Shown one piece after another: positions 22,314-32,934 of a DNA stretch of 64,000 nucleotides. Source of the DNA: Pseudomonadota bacterium (lineage in GTDB: Bacteria; Pseudomonadota; Alphaproteobacteria; Rhodobacterales; Rhodobacteraceae); NCBI GenBank assembly GCA_038749815.1, contig JBCDHQ010000001.1:2925-66924 (forward strand). Direction: 5' to 3'. The number at the start of each line of letters is the position of its first letter. The stretch's first letter is position 1. The position numbers and the translations under genes were made by a program. A model generated the notes under the pieces. It was not told the origin of the DNA and ran no database searches. It worked only from the letters and a program-made list of their open reading frames with translations.

Positions 22314-24026
22314 ATGGCAAACCTCCCCGACCGACCGTCGCTCGAGCACCTCAAAGGTCAGGCGAAACAGCTTCTGAAGCGGGTGCATTCGCAAGAAGAA
22401 GACGCCCTGACCCTCGTTGGCCCGTACTTTGGCGATCCGGCGCGGATCACGTTGCAGCAGGCGCAACTGGTCGTGGCGCGCGAGTATGGCTTCTCGAGCT
22501 GGACCCGGTTGAAACGCCATGTAGACGCCGGGCTCGGCGACCGGCAAACGACCGAACAATGGGCCAATCGCTTTCTCGATCTTGTCTGTCTCCACTATGG
22601 CCCCGATGCCACGCGGGGGCCGGCGGAGTTTGAGAAAGCGGCCGCCATCTTGGCCGAGCACCCTGAAATTGTGTCGCACTCACCCCATGTGGCGGCGGCG
22701 TGCGGAGACCAAGACGCCATCGCCACGTGGCTCGCGTCCCAACCGCACAAGGTCGACGACTTGGGTGGACCCTTCCAGTGGACGCCCCTCATGTACGCCG
22801 CCTACGCCCGCTTGCCGGGGGCATCGTCATTCGCGGTTGGCAGTCTCTTGGTGACGGCCGGTGCGGACCCGAATTTCCACTACCTCTGGGGCGGCACCTA
22901 TCGTTTTACCGTTCTCACAGGGATCTTTGGCGACGGCGAAGGCGGCAAGACGCGGCTGCCGGAGCATCCCGACATGGCCGCTTTCGCACGTCTGGTGCTT
23001 GAGGCCGGCGCCAATCCAAATGAAAGCCAGGGCGCGTACAACCGCTGCTTCAGCCCGGACAACACGCATCTGGACCTGATGCTGGAATACGGCCTGAAAG
23101 ACAGCGACCCAAGCAATTGGTGGCAGGCGGTGGACGGCGCACGTCCGGACACCCATCGCACGATGCACTGGAACCTGATCATTGCCCTGCGTTGGGGGTT
23201 TGCGGAACGGGCGCGGTTGCTGATTGAACACGGCGTCGACATCACCACACCCGACACCAACAGCTATCCGACGTTCACGGAGGGGTTCACACCCTATCAA
23301 TCGGCCTTGCTGAGAGGGCTGCCCGAGATCGCCGAACTCATAAAGTCAAAGGGCGGCGATGCCAGTCCACTGCCGGAGCGGGCGCAGTTTTACGCGGCCT
23401 GCATGTCCGGAGACTTGGAGACCGCGCAGCGTCTCAAGTCGGCTCACATGGGGCACTCCACAGGGACTGAGGCCGAGATGCTGCGCGAGGCGGCGGGCAA
23501 CGGTCGGCTCGATGCGGTCAGGACGATGATCGCACTCGGGTTTGAGCTCAGCCCCAGAGGGTCTCAGACCCCCCTTCATGCCGCGGCTTGGCGTGGGCAG
23601 GTCGCGGTCCTTGAGGTGCTTCTCGCCGCCGGCGCGGATGCCAAACTCCGTGATCCGGAACACCACTCCCCGCCGCTTGGACACGCGCTCCACGCCCAAC
23701 AGAAGGACGCAATCGCGCTCCTGATGGACGCTGAGATGGACATTTTCACGGCTGCGTCGGTGGGCAACCTATCTCAGATCGAAGCGCGCCTGGCCGACGA
23801 CCCAAACTGGTTGGATGCAAAGTTCGAAGACGTGCTCCACCCCGCCTCAGCCCCCTGCGACACCCTCTGGGTCACGCCCGTGTGGAGAGCCGCCCTCAAT
23901 GGACAATGGGACAGTGTAAAGTACCTGGTGCAAAGAGGCGCAGACCTGTCCGTGCCGAACCCAAACGGTCAGACGCTCGCGGAATATGCCGAGGAGTGCG
24001 GGCAGACAGACCTGCTGGGGACCTAG
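22314..24026 (+). CDS. Ankyrin-repeat protein with an N-terminal helical domain (LPDRPSLEHLKGQAK...AQLVVAREYGFSSW)
   Basis: Ankyrin repeats WTPLMYAAY, GADPN, GANPN, TPYQSALL, QTPLHAAAWRGQ...AGAD and GADLS; strong AAAGGAGG RBS. Confidence 0.9.
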   Translation: MANLPDRPSLEHLKGQAKQLLKRVHSQEEDALTLVGPYFGDPARITLQQAQLVVAREYGFSSWTRLKRHVDAGLGDRQTTEQWANRFLDLVCLHYGPDATRGPAEFEKAAAILAEHPEIVSHSPHVAAACGDQDAIATWLASQPHKVDDLGGPFQWTPLMYAAYARLPGASSFAVGSLLVTAGADPNFHYLWGGTYRFTVLTGIFGDGEGGKTRLPEHPDMAAFARLVLEAGANPNESQGAYNRCFSPDNTHLDLMLEYGLKDSDPSNWWQAVDGARPDTHRTMHWNLIIALRWGFAERARLLIEHGVDITTPDTNSYPTFTEGFTPYQSALLRGLPEIAELIKSKGGDASPLPERAQFYAACMSGDLETAQRLKSAHMGHSTGTEAEMLREAAGNGRLDAVRTMIALGFELSPRGSQTPLHAAAWRGQVAVLEVLLAAGADAKLRDPEHHSPPLGHALHAQQKDAIALLMDAEMDIFTAASVGNLSQIEARLADDPNWLDAKFEDVLHPASAPCDTLWVTPVWRAALNGQWDSVKYLVQRGADLSVPNPNGQTLAEYAEECGQTDLLGT

Positions 24027-24950
24027 AAGACCCGATCCGTCAACATACCGCACACGGCGCCCTCGGTCTCCGCGAGAAACAGCGAAGATGCGAGGATCAC
24101 AGCACCTGGCGCGGCGCGCCTCGTTCTATGGGGTCTCAACCATGGATCACGCGCCCCAGTCGGCTTGACCTGCCCCCCCCCACTTGGCTCACGCATGACA
24201 GGTGCAAGCGGGCTCCTGGCGTCGTTGCGGTGGACCGCACCCACCTCAAATTCACCCGCCCGGTGATTGCGATTTGATCCTCCAAGGGAATACGGGCCTC
24301 CACCCACCCAGCGATAGGTTGCTGCGAGGTGATCTGTACCGAGCTACCTTGCCGGTTTTCTCGCCGGAAAGGGGCAAGCTGAAGGGATTGCCGACACGAA
24401 ACATGGCAACGGCCCGCTTGGGAACGTGTGGCATGTGCCGGTCTGAGGTCTTGTGCTCCGTCGATGGTGACGCCGCAGCGGGGTTGTTCTCCGCGTCGAA
24501 GGGCGCGGGCGTTGGACGGGTGACCAGCAGCGGTCGATCTGTGCTGAGGTTGGGGCGGAGGTTGCGCTCCGGCGCGGCGCTCCGACATGCTGGCTGAACG
24601 TGTCGGCCACCCGGCAACCTCGGAGCAGTTGGCAATGCTCTGGGAGGATGAGGAGGATCGGGAAACGATCCGGGGGGCCCGTTCCACGTGACGCTGATCA
24701 CGCATGGTCGCCTCTCAGCGCGCACATTTGGCGCACAGCGCACCGAGGGGAACGCGGCGCATCCAACAAGGCCATCCGCGCCGCGAAACCCGTGATGGTG
24801 AGAGACCGAACCCAGATCACTGGGCGAACCGCGACCCACCAAGTCCCGCTCGCAATCGTCCGGGGTGCGGCGCGAATGCCCATTGTTGATCAAGGGATGT
24901 CGCACCAGCGCGCTCAGTCCTAGCAAACTGACTGCGGTGCGCAGGTGAAA

Positions 24951-25374
24951 CGACCCGTTGCAAAACGTGGCTTCGCTCACACGAGGCGATCCGCGCGAGC
25001 ATTCCGGCACCCAACCGGTCTGAACACCGACCAGGCACACCGCAATGCCATCTCCGAGTTGCAGAAGGAAAGCACGCTTGCGAATGAGTTCGCACAGAGA
25101 CAATGCCAGTGCCGCAACAAAGGCCTTGAAGCTGAAGATCAGACCTGTGCGTGGCGTTCAGTCGACGAAGACGGTCTACGCGACAATCAAGGGCTTCGAG
25201 ACCGTGCTGTCACGACGCAAAGGCAGCCAACCCCCAGGGCGGCATGCCGGGCGGAACCTCCTCGTCGAGCGGGCTGTCGGACTTGAGACATCGCCATGCG
25301 CCGAAGCGACGGAAGCGGTCACGTGCGAACACAGGCTCCCAGCCAAGCCGCGAGCTCCGGCTTGCAACGGGGCC
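24951..25374 (+). mobile_element. Internally deleted, eroded IS6-family element with both terminal IRs
   Basis: LNTDQAH..AISELQKE and LKLKIRPVRGVQSTKTVYATIKGFE resemble the IS26-like C-terminus. Ends CGACCCGTTGCAA and TTGCAACGGGGCC form an 11/13 inverted match. Confidence 0.75.
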
Positions 25375-25568
25375 GGGCGTGGCGTCTCCACGTCAACGCC
25401 GTCGGTCCGCACTCGTCCCCAAGGCCGGCGCCCCCCACGCGGAACTGGTCCAGACCGCTGACCTCGTCTCTTGGACAGCAGGGAGCGCGGACGTGCCTCG
25501 AAGCGCCAGCTCCAGGGCAGCGGACTTCTTCGCAGAAAGAAATCTCCAGCCACCAGCGGCCGCCCCGC

Positions 25569-28500
25569 TCATTCCGCTGCGATCTTGCCGTCGACCGGCA
25601 GCGGCCGGTCGAGCACGAGGACGCCGTCATCGGCCGCGCGCCGCGGCGCCGTGGGGTCAAGCGCGCGCGCGAGGCGGCCGAGCATGCCGGTGATCTGCGC
25701 CTGCAGCACGAAGACGGCGGGCACGCAGATGATCACGATGACGGTCCCGAAGAGGACGCCGAAGCCGATCGAAACGGCGAGGGGGATCAGGAACTGCGCC
25801 TGCAGCGAGGTTTCCATGATGAGCGGAAACACCCCGAGGAACGTCGTGAGCGAGGTGAGCATGATCGGGCGGAACCGCTCCTTCGTTCCGCGCACCACGG
25901 CGTCGCGCAGCTCGACCCCCTCGGCGAGGTACTCGTTGAAGAGATCGACCATCACGAGCGAGTTGTTGATGACGACCCCCGCGAGCCCGATGATCCCGAA
26001 GATCGACAGGAGCGTGAGCGGCAGGCCCATGATGAAATGCCCCGCCACCGCCCCGACAAGGCCGAGCGGGATGGCGAGCATCACCACGATCGGCTGCACG
26101 TAGGACCGGAAAATGAGCGCGAGAAGCGCGAAGATCACGAAAAGCGCGATCGCCACCGCCTGGCCGAGGGCCGAGGCCGCATCGCCCTGCGTGCGCTGCT
26201 CGCCGCCGAACCCGACGATCAGCCCGTCATAGCGCGCGGTGAGGGCGGGGACGAGGTCGGTCTGAATGATCGTGTTGGCCTCTTGGCCCGTGATGACGGC
26301 CGGATCGACATCGGCCGTGACAGTCGTGATCTGTCGGCCGTTGCGGCGCAGGATCTCGCTCGGCGCGAGACCCTCCTCGATCCGGGCGACGGCCGAGAGC
26401 GGGATGATGTCGCCCGAGGGCGTGGTGATCCAGCTGTCGAGGAGATCGGCGAGGCTGTCGCGATCCTCGGCCGGGTAGCGCACCACGACCTCGACGTTGT
26501 CCGCGCCGCGCTGAACCGTCGTCGCCTCGAGCCCGAGGAACCCCGCGCGGGTCTGGGTGGCGAGGTCCTCGAGGCTGACGCCCCAGATCCGCGCATCGTC
26601 GCGGAGCGCGAGGCGGTACTCCGTGCGCCCGGCGGAGTTGTCGTCGCGGATCGAGAAAAGGCCCGGAATGCCGCGCAGGCCGTCGCGCAGCTCCGCGACC
26701 ACCGGGCTGATGTCCTCCCCATCGGGGAGCGAGAGCTCAACCGCGACCGGGTCGCCGGCGCCGACGAGCTGTGCCGAAACGGTCAGGCTCGACACGCCCG
26801 GCACATTGCCGATGGCCGCGATCCATGCGGCTTCGAACTCCGAGGTCGGCCAGTCGCGCAGCTCGGGGTCGGTGATTTCGACGACGACATTGGCGACAGT
26901 GGCGCCCGTGGCGCGCTCGCCACCGCCGGGACCGCCGCTCTCCGCGCCGCGGCCGACAACGACGTTCTGCCCGACGAGGACGGGCGGCGCATCGGCGCTG
27001 AGGCGCGACTGGATCTCGCCCGCGGCCGTGACAGCGGCCTGGCGCACGTCCTCCGCGACCCGCTCGGTCATCGCGAACGTCGTGCCGTCGTTCATCTCGA
27101 TGTTTGCGGTCACGAACGTGCCGTCGATCGAGGGAAAGAAGTTGAACCGCACATAGCCGTGGGCGAGGAGGCCGACCGTCAGGATCATGAGCGCGATCGC
27201 GCCCGCGATCGGGACCAGCACCCGGCGCGTGGTGAAGCGCAGCATCGCATCGAGCGGGCCGTTGATGAAGGCCTGCAACACGCGGTCGACGCCACCCCGC
27301 ACGACCCCGAGCGCGCGCATCACAAGCGTCGGGCGACGCTCCGGCGACAGATCGAGCGTCGAGAGGTTGCGCGGCAGGATGAAGAGCGCCTGCAAGAGCG
27401 ACATGCAAAGCACGATCATCACCACGAGGGGGATATCGGAGAGAAACTTGCCGAGCGTCCCGGGGAGCTGCAGGAGCGGCCAGAACGCCACAAGCGTCGT
27501 CGCGGTCGAGAACACCACCGGCACCGCAATCCGCTGTGTCGCGCGCACCGCCGCCTCCCGCGGGCGGATGCCGCGCTCGTTGTAGGTGTAGACGTTCTCG
27601 GAGACGACGATGGCGTTGTCGACAATGATCCCGATCGCGAGGATGAACCCGAACAGCGAGATCATGTTGATCGACATGCCGAGCGCCGCCATCGCGGCGA
27701 GCGCGGCGGCGAAGGAGACCGCGATCCCGAGCGCGGACCACGCCGCGAGCCGGATGTCGAGAAACAGCGCGAGGCAGACCACGACCAGTGCGAGGCCCAC
27801 AAAGGCGTTCGAGAGCAAGAGGTCGAGGCGCGATTGCAGCTCGCGCGCATCGTTCTGCCACACGCTCGCCGAAACACCCTCCTGCAGGCTCGGCTGGAAG
27901 TTCTCGCGCAGATAGGTCTGTGCGACATCGACGATCTCGAGCACCTGCTCGTCGCCAACGCGGAAGACGTTGACCGACACCGCGCGCTCGCCGTCGAACG
28001 AGGCCGAGAGGTCGGTGTCCTCGAACCCGTCGGTGACAGTCGCGACATCGCGCAGAAACAGCCTCCCGCCGTTCTCGCCCGTCCGCACGACGACGTTCTC
28101 GAAATCTGTCCGGGTGTAGTTCCGGCCCACAGTGCGGATCGGGAAGCTCACCGTATCGGTGTCGATCGCGCCGCCGGGCAGCTCGAGTGAGTTTTGCCGG
28201 ATCGCCGTCGCGACCTCGGCCATGGTGAGGCCGTAGGCGCGCATCGTGTCGCGATCGACCTCGACCGTTACCTCGTAGTCGCGCCGGTTCGCGACCTCGA
28301 CATAGGACACCGCATCGAGGAGGAGGAGCTCGTTGCGCAGCCGTTCGGCCTCTTCCGTCAGGACCCGCTCGCTCGCGGTGCCGTGGACCGCGATCTCGAG
28401 CACGCGGGTCGAGTTGGTGGACTGCGTCACGACCGGTTCCTCGACGTCCTCGGGGAAGACGTCGATGCTGTCGACTTCGGTGCGGATTTCGTCGAGCTTT

Positions 28501-28811
28501 TCCTGCAGATCCTCGCCGAGGAAGAAGGTGACCGTCACGCCGCCCCGCCCTTCGGAGATGCTGGCCGTGACCTCGTCGATGCCGTCGACGGCGGTGAGCT
28601 CGTCCTCGATCGGGCGGATCACGCTCTCCTGGATCTCGGTCGGCGAGGCGCCGGGATAGCTGACCGAGATGTTGACGCTGTCAAGCGTGATCTCCGGGAA
28701 GGTCTTCTGCGCGATGGTGAGCGCTGAGAGCATGCCGAGCGCGCCCACGAGGACGACTGTCAGCATCGCGGCGACGGGATGCTCGGCGCACCAGCGGATC
28801 GCGGCGTTCAT
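25569..28811 (-). CDS. RND efflux transporter permease (AcrB/AcrD/AcrF family)
   Basis: GIIVDNAIVVSEN, GVVINNSLVMVD and RFRPIMLTSLTT motifs; start overlaps the MFP stop codon (ATGA). Confidence 0.95.
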   Translation of the reverse strand: MNAAIRWCAEHPVAAMLTVVLVGALGMLSALTIAQKTFPEITLDSVNISVSYPGASPTEIQESVIRPIEDELTAVDGIDEVTASISEGRGGVTVTFFLGEDLQEKLDEIRTEVDSIDVFPEDVEEPVVTQSTNSTRVLEIAVHGTASERVLTEEAERLRNELLLLDAVSYVEVANRRDYEVTVEVDRDTMRAYGLTMAEVATAIRQNSLELPGGAIDTDTVSFPIRTVGRNYTRTDFENVVVRTGENGGRLFLRDVATVTDGFEDTDLSASFDGERAVSVNVFRVGDEQVLEIVDVAQTYLRENFQPSLQEGVSASVWQNDARELQSRLDLLLSNAFVGLALVVVCLALFLDIRLAAWSALGIAVSFAAALAAMAALGMSINMISLFGFILAIGIIVDNAIVVSENVYTYNERGIRPREAAVRATQRIAVPVVFSTATTLVAFWPLLQLPGTLGKFLSDIPLVVMIVLCMSLLQALFILPRNLSTLDLSPERRPTLVMRALGVVRGGVDRVLQAFINGPLDAMLRFTTRRVLVPIAGAIALMILTVGLLAHGYVRFNFFPSIDGTFVTANIEMNDGTTFAMTERVAEDVRQAAVTAAGEIQSRLSADAPPVLVGQNVVVGRGAESGGPGGGERATGATVANVVVEITDPELRDWPTSEFEAAWIAAIGNVPGVSSLTVSAQLVGAGDPVAVELSLPDGEDISPVVAELRDGLRGIPGLFSIRDDNSAGRTEYRLALRDDARIWGVSLEDLATQTRAGFLGLEATTVQRGADNVEVVVRYPAEDRDSLADLLDSWITTPSGDIIPLSAVARIEEGLAPSEILRRNGRQITTVTADVDPAVITGQEANTIIQTDLVPALTARYDGLIVGFGGEQRTQGDAASALGQAVAIALFVIFALLALIFRSYVQPIVVMLAIPLGLVGAVAGHFIMGLPLTLLSIFGIIGLAGVVINNSLVMVDLFNEYLAEGVELRDAVVRGTKERFRPIMLTSLTTFLGVFPLIMETSLQAQFLIPLAVSIGFGVLFGTVIVIICVPAVFVLQAQITGMLGRLARALDPTAPRRAADDGVLVLDRPLPVDGKIAAE

Positions 28812-30037
28812 TGGAGCGCTCCCGTCTCGAGTGAGGCCCGTTCGGCGGTCTCTGCCACGTCGCGAAGCGCCATGCCCGGGACCGGCGCTGCAAGCGGGGT
28901 GAAGACGACAGCTGCGTCCGCCGGCGCGTCGGCGATCTCCACGAAGGACCATTCGCCGTCCACATGCACCCGGCGCGCGGGCAGGATGCGCAGCACGCCC
29001 GCGTCGCTCAGCCAGAGCCGGTCGCCGCTGCGCACCGCGACGGAGGGGACGCGGTAGATGTTGTCGCGCTCGGCGCCGTCGATGACGACATTGGCGAAAG
29101 CGTTGATCAGCGCGGGCGGCGCGCCTGACGCGAGCGCGCCCGCCCCGCCCTCCGCTCCGAGGAGCGCGTCGAGGCGCACGGCGGCTGTCAGCGTGCGCGT
29201 TGCAAGGTCGAGCTGCGGCTCGACACGGTCGATGTGGCCGCTCCAGCGGAACGTCTCGTTGCCGAACGGGATGTCGATGCGCGCGCTCGGCGCGGCGCCT
29301 GCGAAGAGCCCGGGGATGAGCGCGGCATCCGCCTGCCTGATCGCGATGTCGACCTCGAGCTTGTCGGGCGTGAACGCCTCGGCAAGGACTTGGCCCGCGG
29401 CCACCACATCGCCCACCTCGACCGCCTTCGACAGGATCGCACCGTCGAAGGGCGCGCGGATGCGCCGGTCTTCGATCTCGATCTCCGCCGCCGCGCGCGC
29501 TGCACGCAGACCATCGAGCGTCGCCTCGAGCTCGGTGATCTGGGAGCGGAGCTGGTCGACCTGCGTCTGGGTTGCGACCTGGCGCTGGAACAGGGCCTCG
29601 GTTCGGGCGAAATCGTCGCGCAGCTGGCCGAGCCGCGCCTCCGACGCCGCGATGTTGGCTGCGGTCTGGGTGAGCGTGGTCTGCTGCGCGCGGTCGTCGA
29701 TCTGGACCAGGAGATCGCCCTCCGCAAAGGCGCCGCGGTCGATGATTGCGGGGTGGACGCGGGTCACGAGCCCCGACGCCTGCGCCGAAACCGAGACTTG
29801 GCGGATCGGCACGACAAACCCCTCACCCCGTATGGGCAGCGGCCCCTCGTGGCGGATGAGCGCCCCGGTTTCGACCAGCGCCACCGGACGCTCGGCCGGC
29901 TGCGCCTCAACCACGTCTCGGTTCGCGCCGAGATACTGAAAGCCGAGAACGCCGCCCGCGACGATCGCCACCGCCACGACGAGCCAGAACACCTCGCGCG
30001 CGACGACGAGACCGGTTCGAAAGATCCTGCGCATCAT
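28808..30037 (-). CDS. RND efflux periplasmic adaptor (membrane fusion protein)
   Basis: N-terminal TM, VSAQASG, coiled-coil hairpin, IRAPFDG..VEVGDVV. Confidence 0.93.
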   Translation of the reverse strand: MMRRIFRTGLVVAREVFWLVVAVAIVAGGVLGFQYLGANRDVVEAQPAERPVALVETGALIRHEGPLPIRGEGFVVPIRQVSVSAQASGLVTRVHPAIIDRGAFAEGDLLVQIDDRAQQTTLTQTAANIAASEARLGQLRDDFARTEALFQRQVATQTQVDQLRSQITELEATLDGLRAARAAAEIEIEDRRIRAPFDGAILSKAVEVGDVVAAGQVLAEAFTPDKLEVDIAIRQADAALIPGLFAGAAPSARIDIPFGNETFRWSGHIDRVEPQLDLATRTLTAAVRLDALLGAEGGAGALASGAPPALINAFANVVIDGAERDNIYRVPSVAVRSGDRLWLSDAGVLRILPARRVHVDGEWSFVEIADAPADAAVVFTPLAAPVPGMALRDVAETAERASLETGALQ

Positions 30038-30048
30038 GCCACGCCCCC

Positions 30049-30070
30049 TTGCTGACAGCACTGTCAGCAA
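30049..30070. promoter_or_regulatory. TetR operator palindrome
   Basis: TTGCTGACAG-CA-CTGTCAGCAA perfect 10-bp inverted repeat between the divergent MFP and tetR genes. Confidence 0.8.
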
Positions 30071-30149
30071 TTTAGGAGCCGTTGGCAATCTTCAACCCGG
30101 GACGCTAGACTTTTTTTGGCGGCGCCCCGCGCGGAGCACGAGGGAGACT

Positions 30150-30782
30150 ATGACGACCGACATCGCACATGGCGACGCGCCGGCCTATCGCCGCCGGAAA
30201 GACCACCGCCCCGACGAGATCGTCGCGGCAGCGCTGGAGGAGTTCAACTTCCGCGGCTTCGCCGGCGCCAGCATGGCGCGGATCGCCAAAGGCGCGGGCG
30301 TGTCGCGCGCCACCCTCTATCTCTACTTCGAGAACAAGGAAGCGCTGTTTCTCGCCGTGGCCGAGGCCGCGATGGCGGGGTTCACCCGCGATGCGGCGCG
30401 GAAAGTGGAGTTCGACGACCACACGACGGAGGAAACCCTCCGCGCGCTCTTCCGCCAATTCTACGCGATGATGACGAGCACCAAGAACAGCGCGCTGATG
30501 CGCATCCTGATCTCGGAGGGGCCGAGCATGCCGGGCCTCGTGCAGGCCTACCACGAGCAGATCCTGCGGAACGGCCGCCAGCTTCTCGAGCGCATCATTG
30601 CCCGCGGTCTCGAGCGGGGCGAGCTGCGCCCGTGCCCTGCGACACGCATCCCGCAACTTCTGATCGCGCCGGCGATGTTTTTCGCGATCCATTCCATGGT
30701 CTTCGGCGAGCTCGAGACGCTCGACGAGGAGGCGTTCGCCGAGGGCCATCTCGACATCATCATGCGCGGCATCGCCGCCTGA
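30150..30782 (+). CDS. TetR/AcrR family transcriptional regulator
   Basis: EIVAAALEEFNFRGFAGASMARIAKGAGVSRATLYLYFENKEALF HTH; GGGAG RBS. Confidence 0.95.
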   Translation: MTTDIAHGDAPAYRRRKDHRPDEIVAAALEEFNFRGFAGASMARIAKGAGVSRATLYLYFENKEALFLAVAEAAMAGFTRDAARKVEFDDHTTEETLRALFRQFYAMMTSTKNSALMRILISEGPSMPGLVQAYHEQILRNGRQLLERIIARGLERGELRPCPATRIPQLLIAPAMFFAIHSMVFGELETLDEEAFAEGHLDIIMRGIAA

Positions 30783-31239
30783 GCACGTCGGCGCAGACCC
30801 GCAACTGCCCGCCCCAGCGGGCACAAAGAGCCGGACCAGAAGCAGCCGGGAGCATCCGCGTCCCGCTCTGAACCGGACCATCCGCACACTGCGCCGGCGG
30901 TGCGACGTCCCACATGTCGCTCTGGCCGACATCTGACGCGATCCGCAGGCCAGCGACAGTTTCACGGCGACGGTCGCATTGCCCCAAGTCCCAACCGAGG
31001 TCCTTTGCACCGAGGGCGGTCATGCAACACAGATCGCCGTCCGAGCACCATCGCCCCCCCCGCGGGACGTCATTCCCCGCGCCGTCCCTTGGCGCTATCC
31101 TCTCCCCGCCGTCGCTCCCATGCCAGAGCACGCCCTCACCGTTGCTCACTCAACAGAGTATCGTGGGGCCCAGAAGGCTCGGGACTGACAAAGCGACCTA
31201 AGAGGCACCAGCGTCCCTAGGCATGTCCCCTCTCGGCAG

Positions 31240-31720
31240 ACCACTCCGTGATCGCCTGCCGGGCAGATGGACGAAACGTAGCCGCGTCGAAGGCAAGTGG
31301 CGCAACCTGCTACGCGCAAGAGATCCGTCGGATCGGATGCTCGACATCCGCCTGCGGTGGGACGATTGGCCTTCGTCCAACCGTGGTCCAAGGACAATGG
31401 CGAGCTCCTCTCAGCGCAAGTGTGTGTGGCAGCACCGCCCTGCACCGACACGGCTCACACCACCCGGAGCGTCGCCAGCGAAAAACAACACTCGATCAGA
31501 CTCGCACGTCGCCAGTCTCCGGCATGTCGTCCAGTGGTAGCGGAACACTCACCGAAACCGACCACGCCGCCACAAAGCGGCGACTCGGATCCCGCCAAAG
31601 CGTTCGATCCCCACGACCGGCCAAAGCGACCCGAAGCGAGATCGACACCAGCCGAACGATCAAGCCCGGCCACATCCATCAGAGGCAACCAGACGTCAAA
31701 CCGCACCCATCAACAGACGG
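31240..31720 (+). mobile_element. Eroded IS6-family transposase relic
   Basis: QMDET*, RVEGKWRNLLRARD..RMLDIRL and ETDHAATKRRLGSRQSVRSPRPAKAT..IDTSRTIKPGHIH fragments. Confidence 0.72.
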
Positions 31721-32934
31721 ATGCACGCCGCGGTGCCACCCGCACATAGCCGCGCCATAGGCGCACCAAGGCAACAGTCGGCGTTGCCACGTCACCACGA
31801 CCTGATCGGCAAGACGCGGTGTCGATGTGAGGTCAGGCCACACCCGCTGCGCAAGCCCGGGCTTCGAATGCTCCCAGTCGGCGGCCTTTGGTCCGGATTG
31901 GTGCGCGTGGGTGCACAGGAGCGGTGAAATGGGTGCGAACAGCCGAATGACAGCACACAGCGCGTTGCAATCCACCGGGACATCGGACGCCTCGCATGCA
32001 CAGCTCCCACTTGCCGAACCGCCGGAAGATGCCGACTCGAACACTGCCGCGTTCCCGGATGAACATCTCGGCGACACCGACGGTTACAGGTCGCGCCTCT
32101 GTAGCAGTCCATCCAGGATGAAGTCGACGCTGCGGGCGTCTGCAGTGTGCTGCGGCTCTCCGGTGTCATTGCAGAAGGCGACTGTCAGGAACGTCTGATG
32201 GCCCGGCAGACCACCGTTAGGGTCTGGCGCGATTGGCGGAGCCTGGATCGTGAGACGGCTGAGCAGAGCGACGCTTGCTCGACCTTAAGGACCGCCTGGA
32301 CCTGACCAGTGAGGATTGTTTGCTGCGCGCCCTTTAGGACGTGGCCCAGCTCGGTGCCTCAGGTCTTCCTGGTGGGACCGCCTTCACGGCGGGTGCGGCG
32401 AAGCGCGGGGTCAACCCGACCCCTGAGGCCGGCGGCGGCTCCGAACGCCCCGGGCGCAGGGTGCACCTGGTTGAGCGATAAGTCCGACACGCACCGCCAG
32501 GAGACCTTGAGCACCGGTCCGGGAAAAGCCACCTGCCGCTCCAGGATCCCCTGGGAATGTGGTCCCAGGGTGAAGGAAACCTCTTTCCGTTTGGGCGCGC
32601 GGGTCGGTCGGTGCAGACTGACTGTCCCGTGCCGCTGGACCATTCGGTTGCTTAGAGTGTCCAAGAGCAAGACAAACTGCGCCCTAGGTTGAGCACACCT
32701 GCTCCGGCCTGCAGCCGGGCTCCACCGAAACCCATGGCATCAGCCCGCGCGAGAAAAGGTGGCTCGCGGGCCTTTGCGCGGACCTGAGGACTGGCTGGTG
32801 GTCACTCAATCAAACCGCGTCCAACTCACTGAAACGCCTCGAACAACGAATGCTCCGGATCCTCGTTCGACGGAGGCAGGCCGGGAGCCGCGAGGACCCC
32901 CAGCCAACCATGGGTCTAGGCGCTGACGTCGATG

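Noticed and set aside
24030-24940. TGACCTGCCCCCC IS3-like end at 24166 and surrounding ORFs
   Set aside because: Only an end-like motif and a vague HGALG fragment; not enough for a call
25296-28190. 964-aa + strand ORF, and similar long antisense ORFs at 34821-36626, 47747-49945 and 38387-40096
   Set aside because: Shadow ORFs opposite well-supported genes in high-GC DNA; Arg/His/Gly-rich with no recognisable motifs
31830-32200. Minus-strand fragment with protein-like stretches (TGEPQHTAD..DFILDGLLQ)
   Set aside because: Interrupted by stops and no family recognised
32218-32920. Possible IS5 (IS427-group) relic with TAGGGTCTG-like ends
   Set aside because: Too degenerate for me to recognise convincing transposase motifs by eye; needs BLASTx
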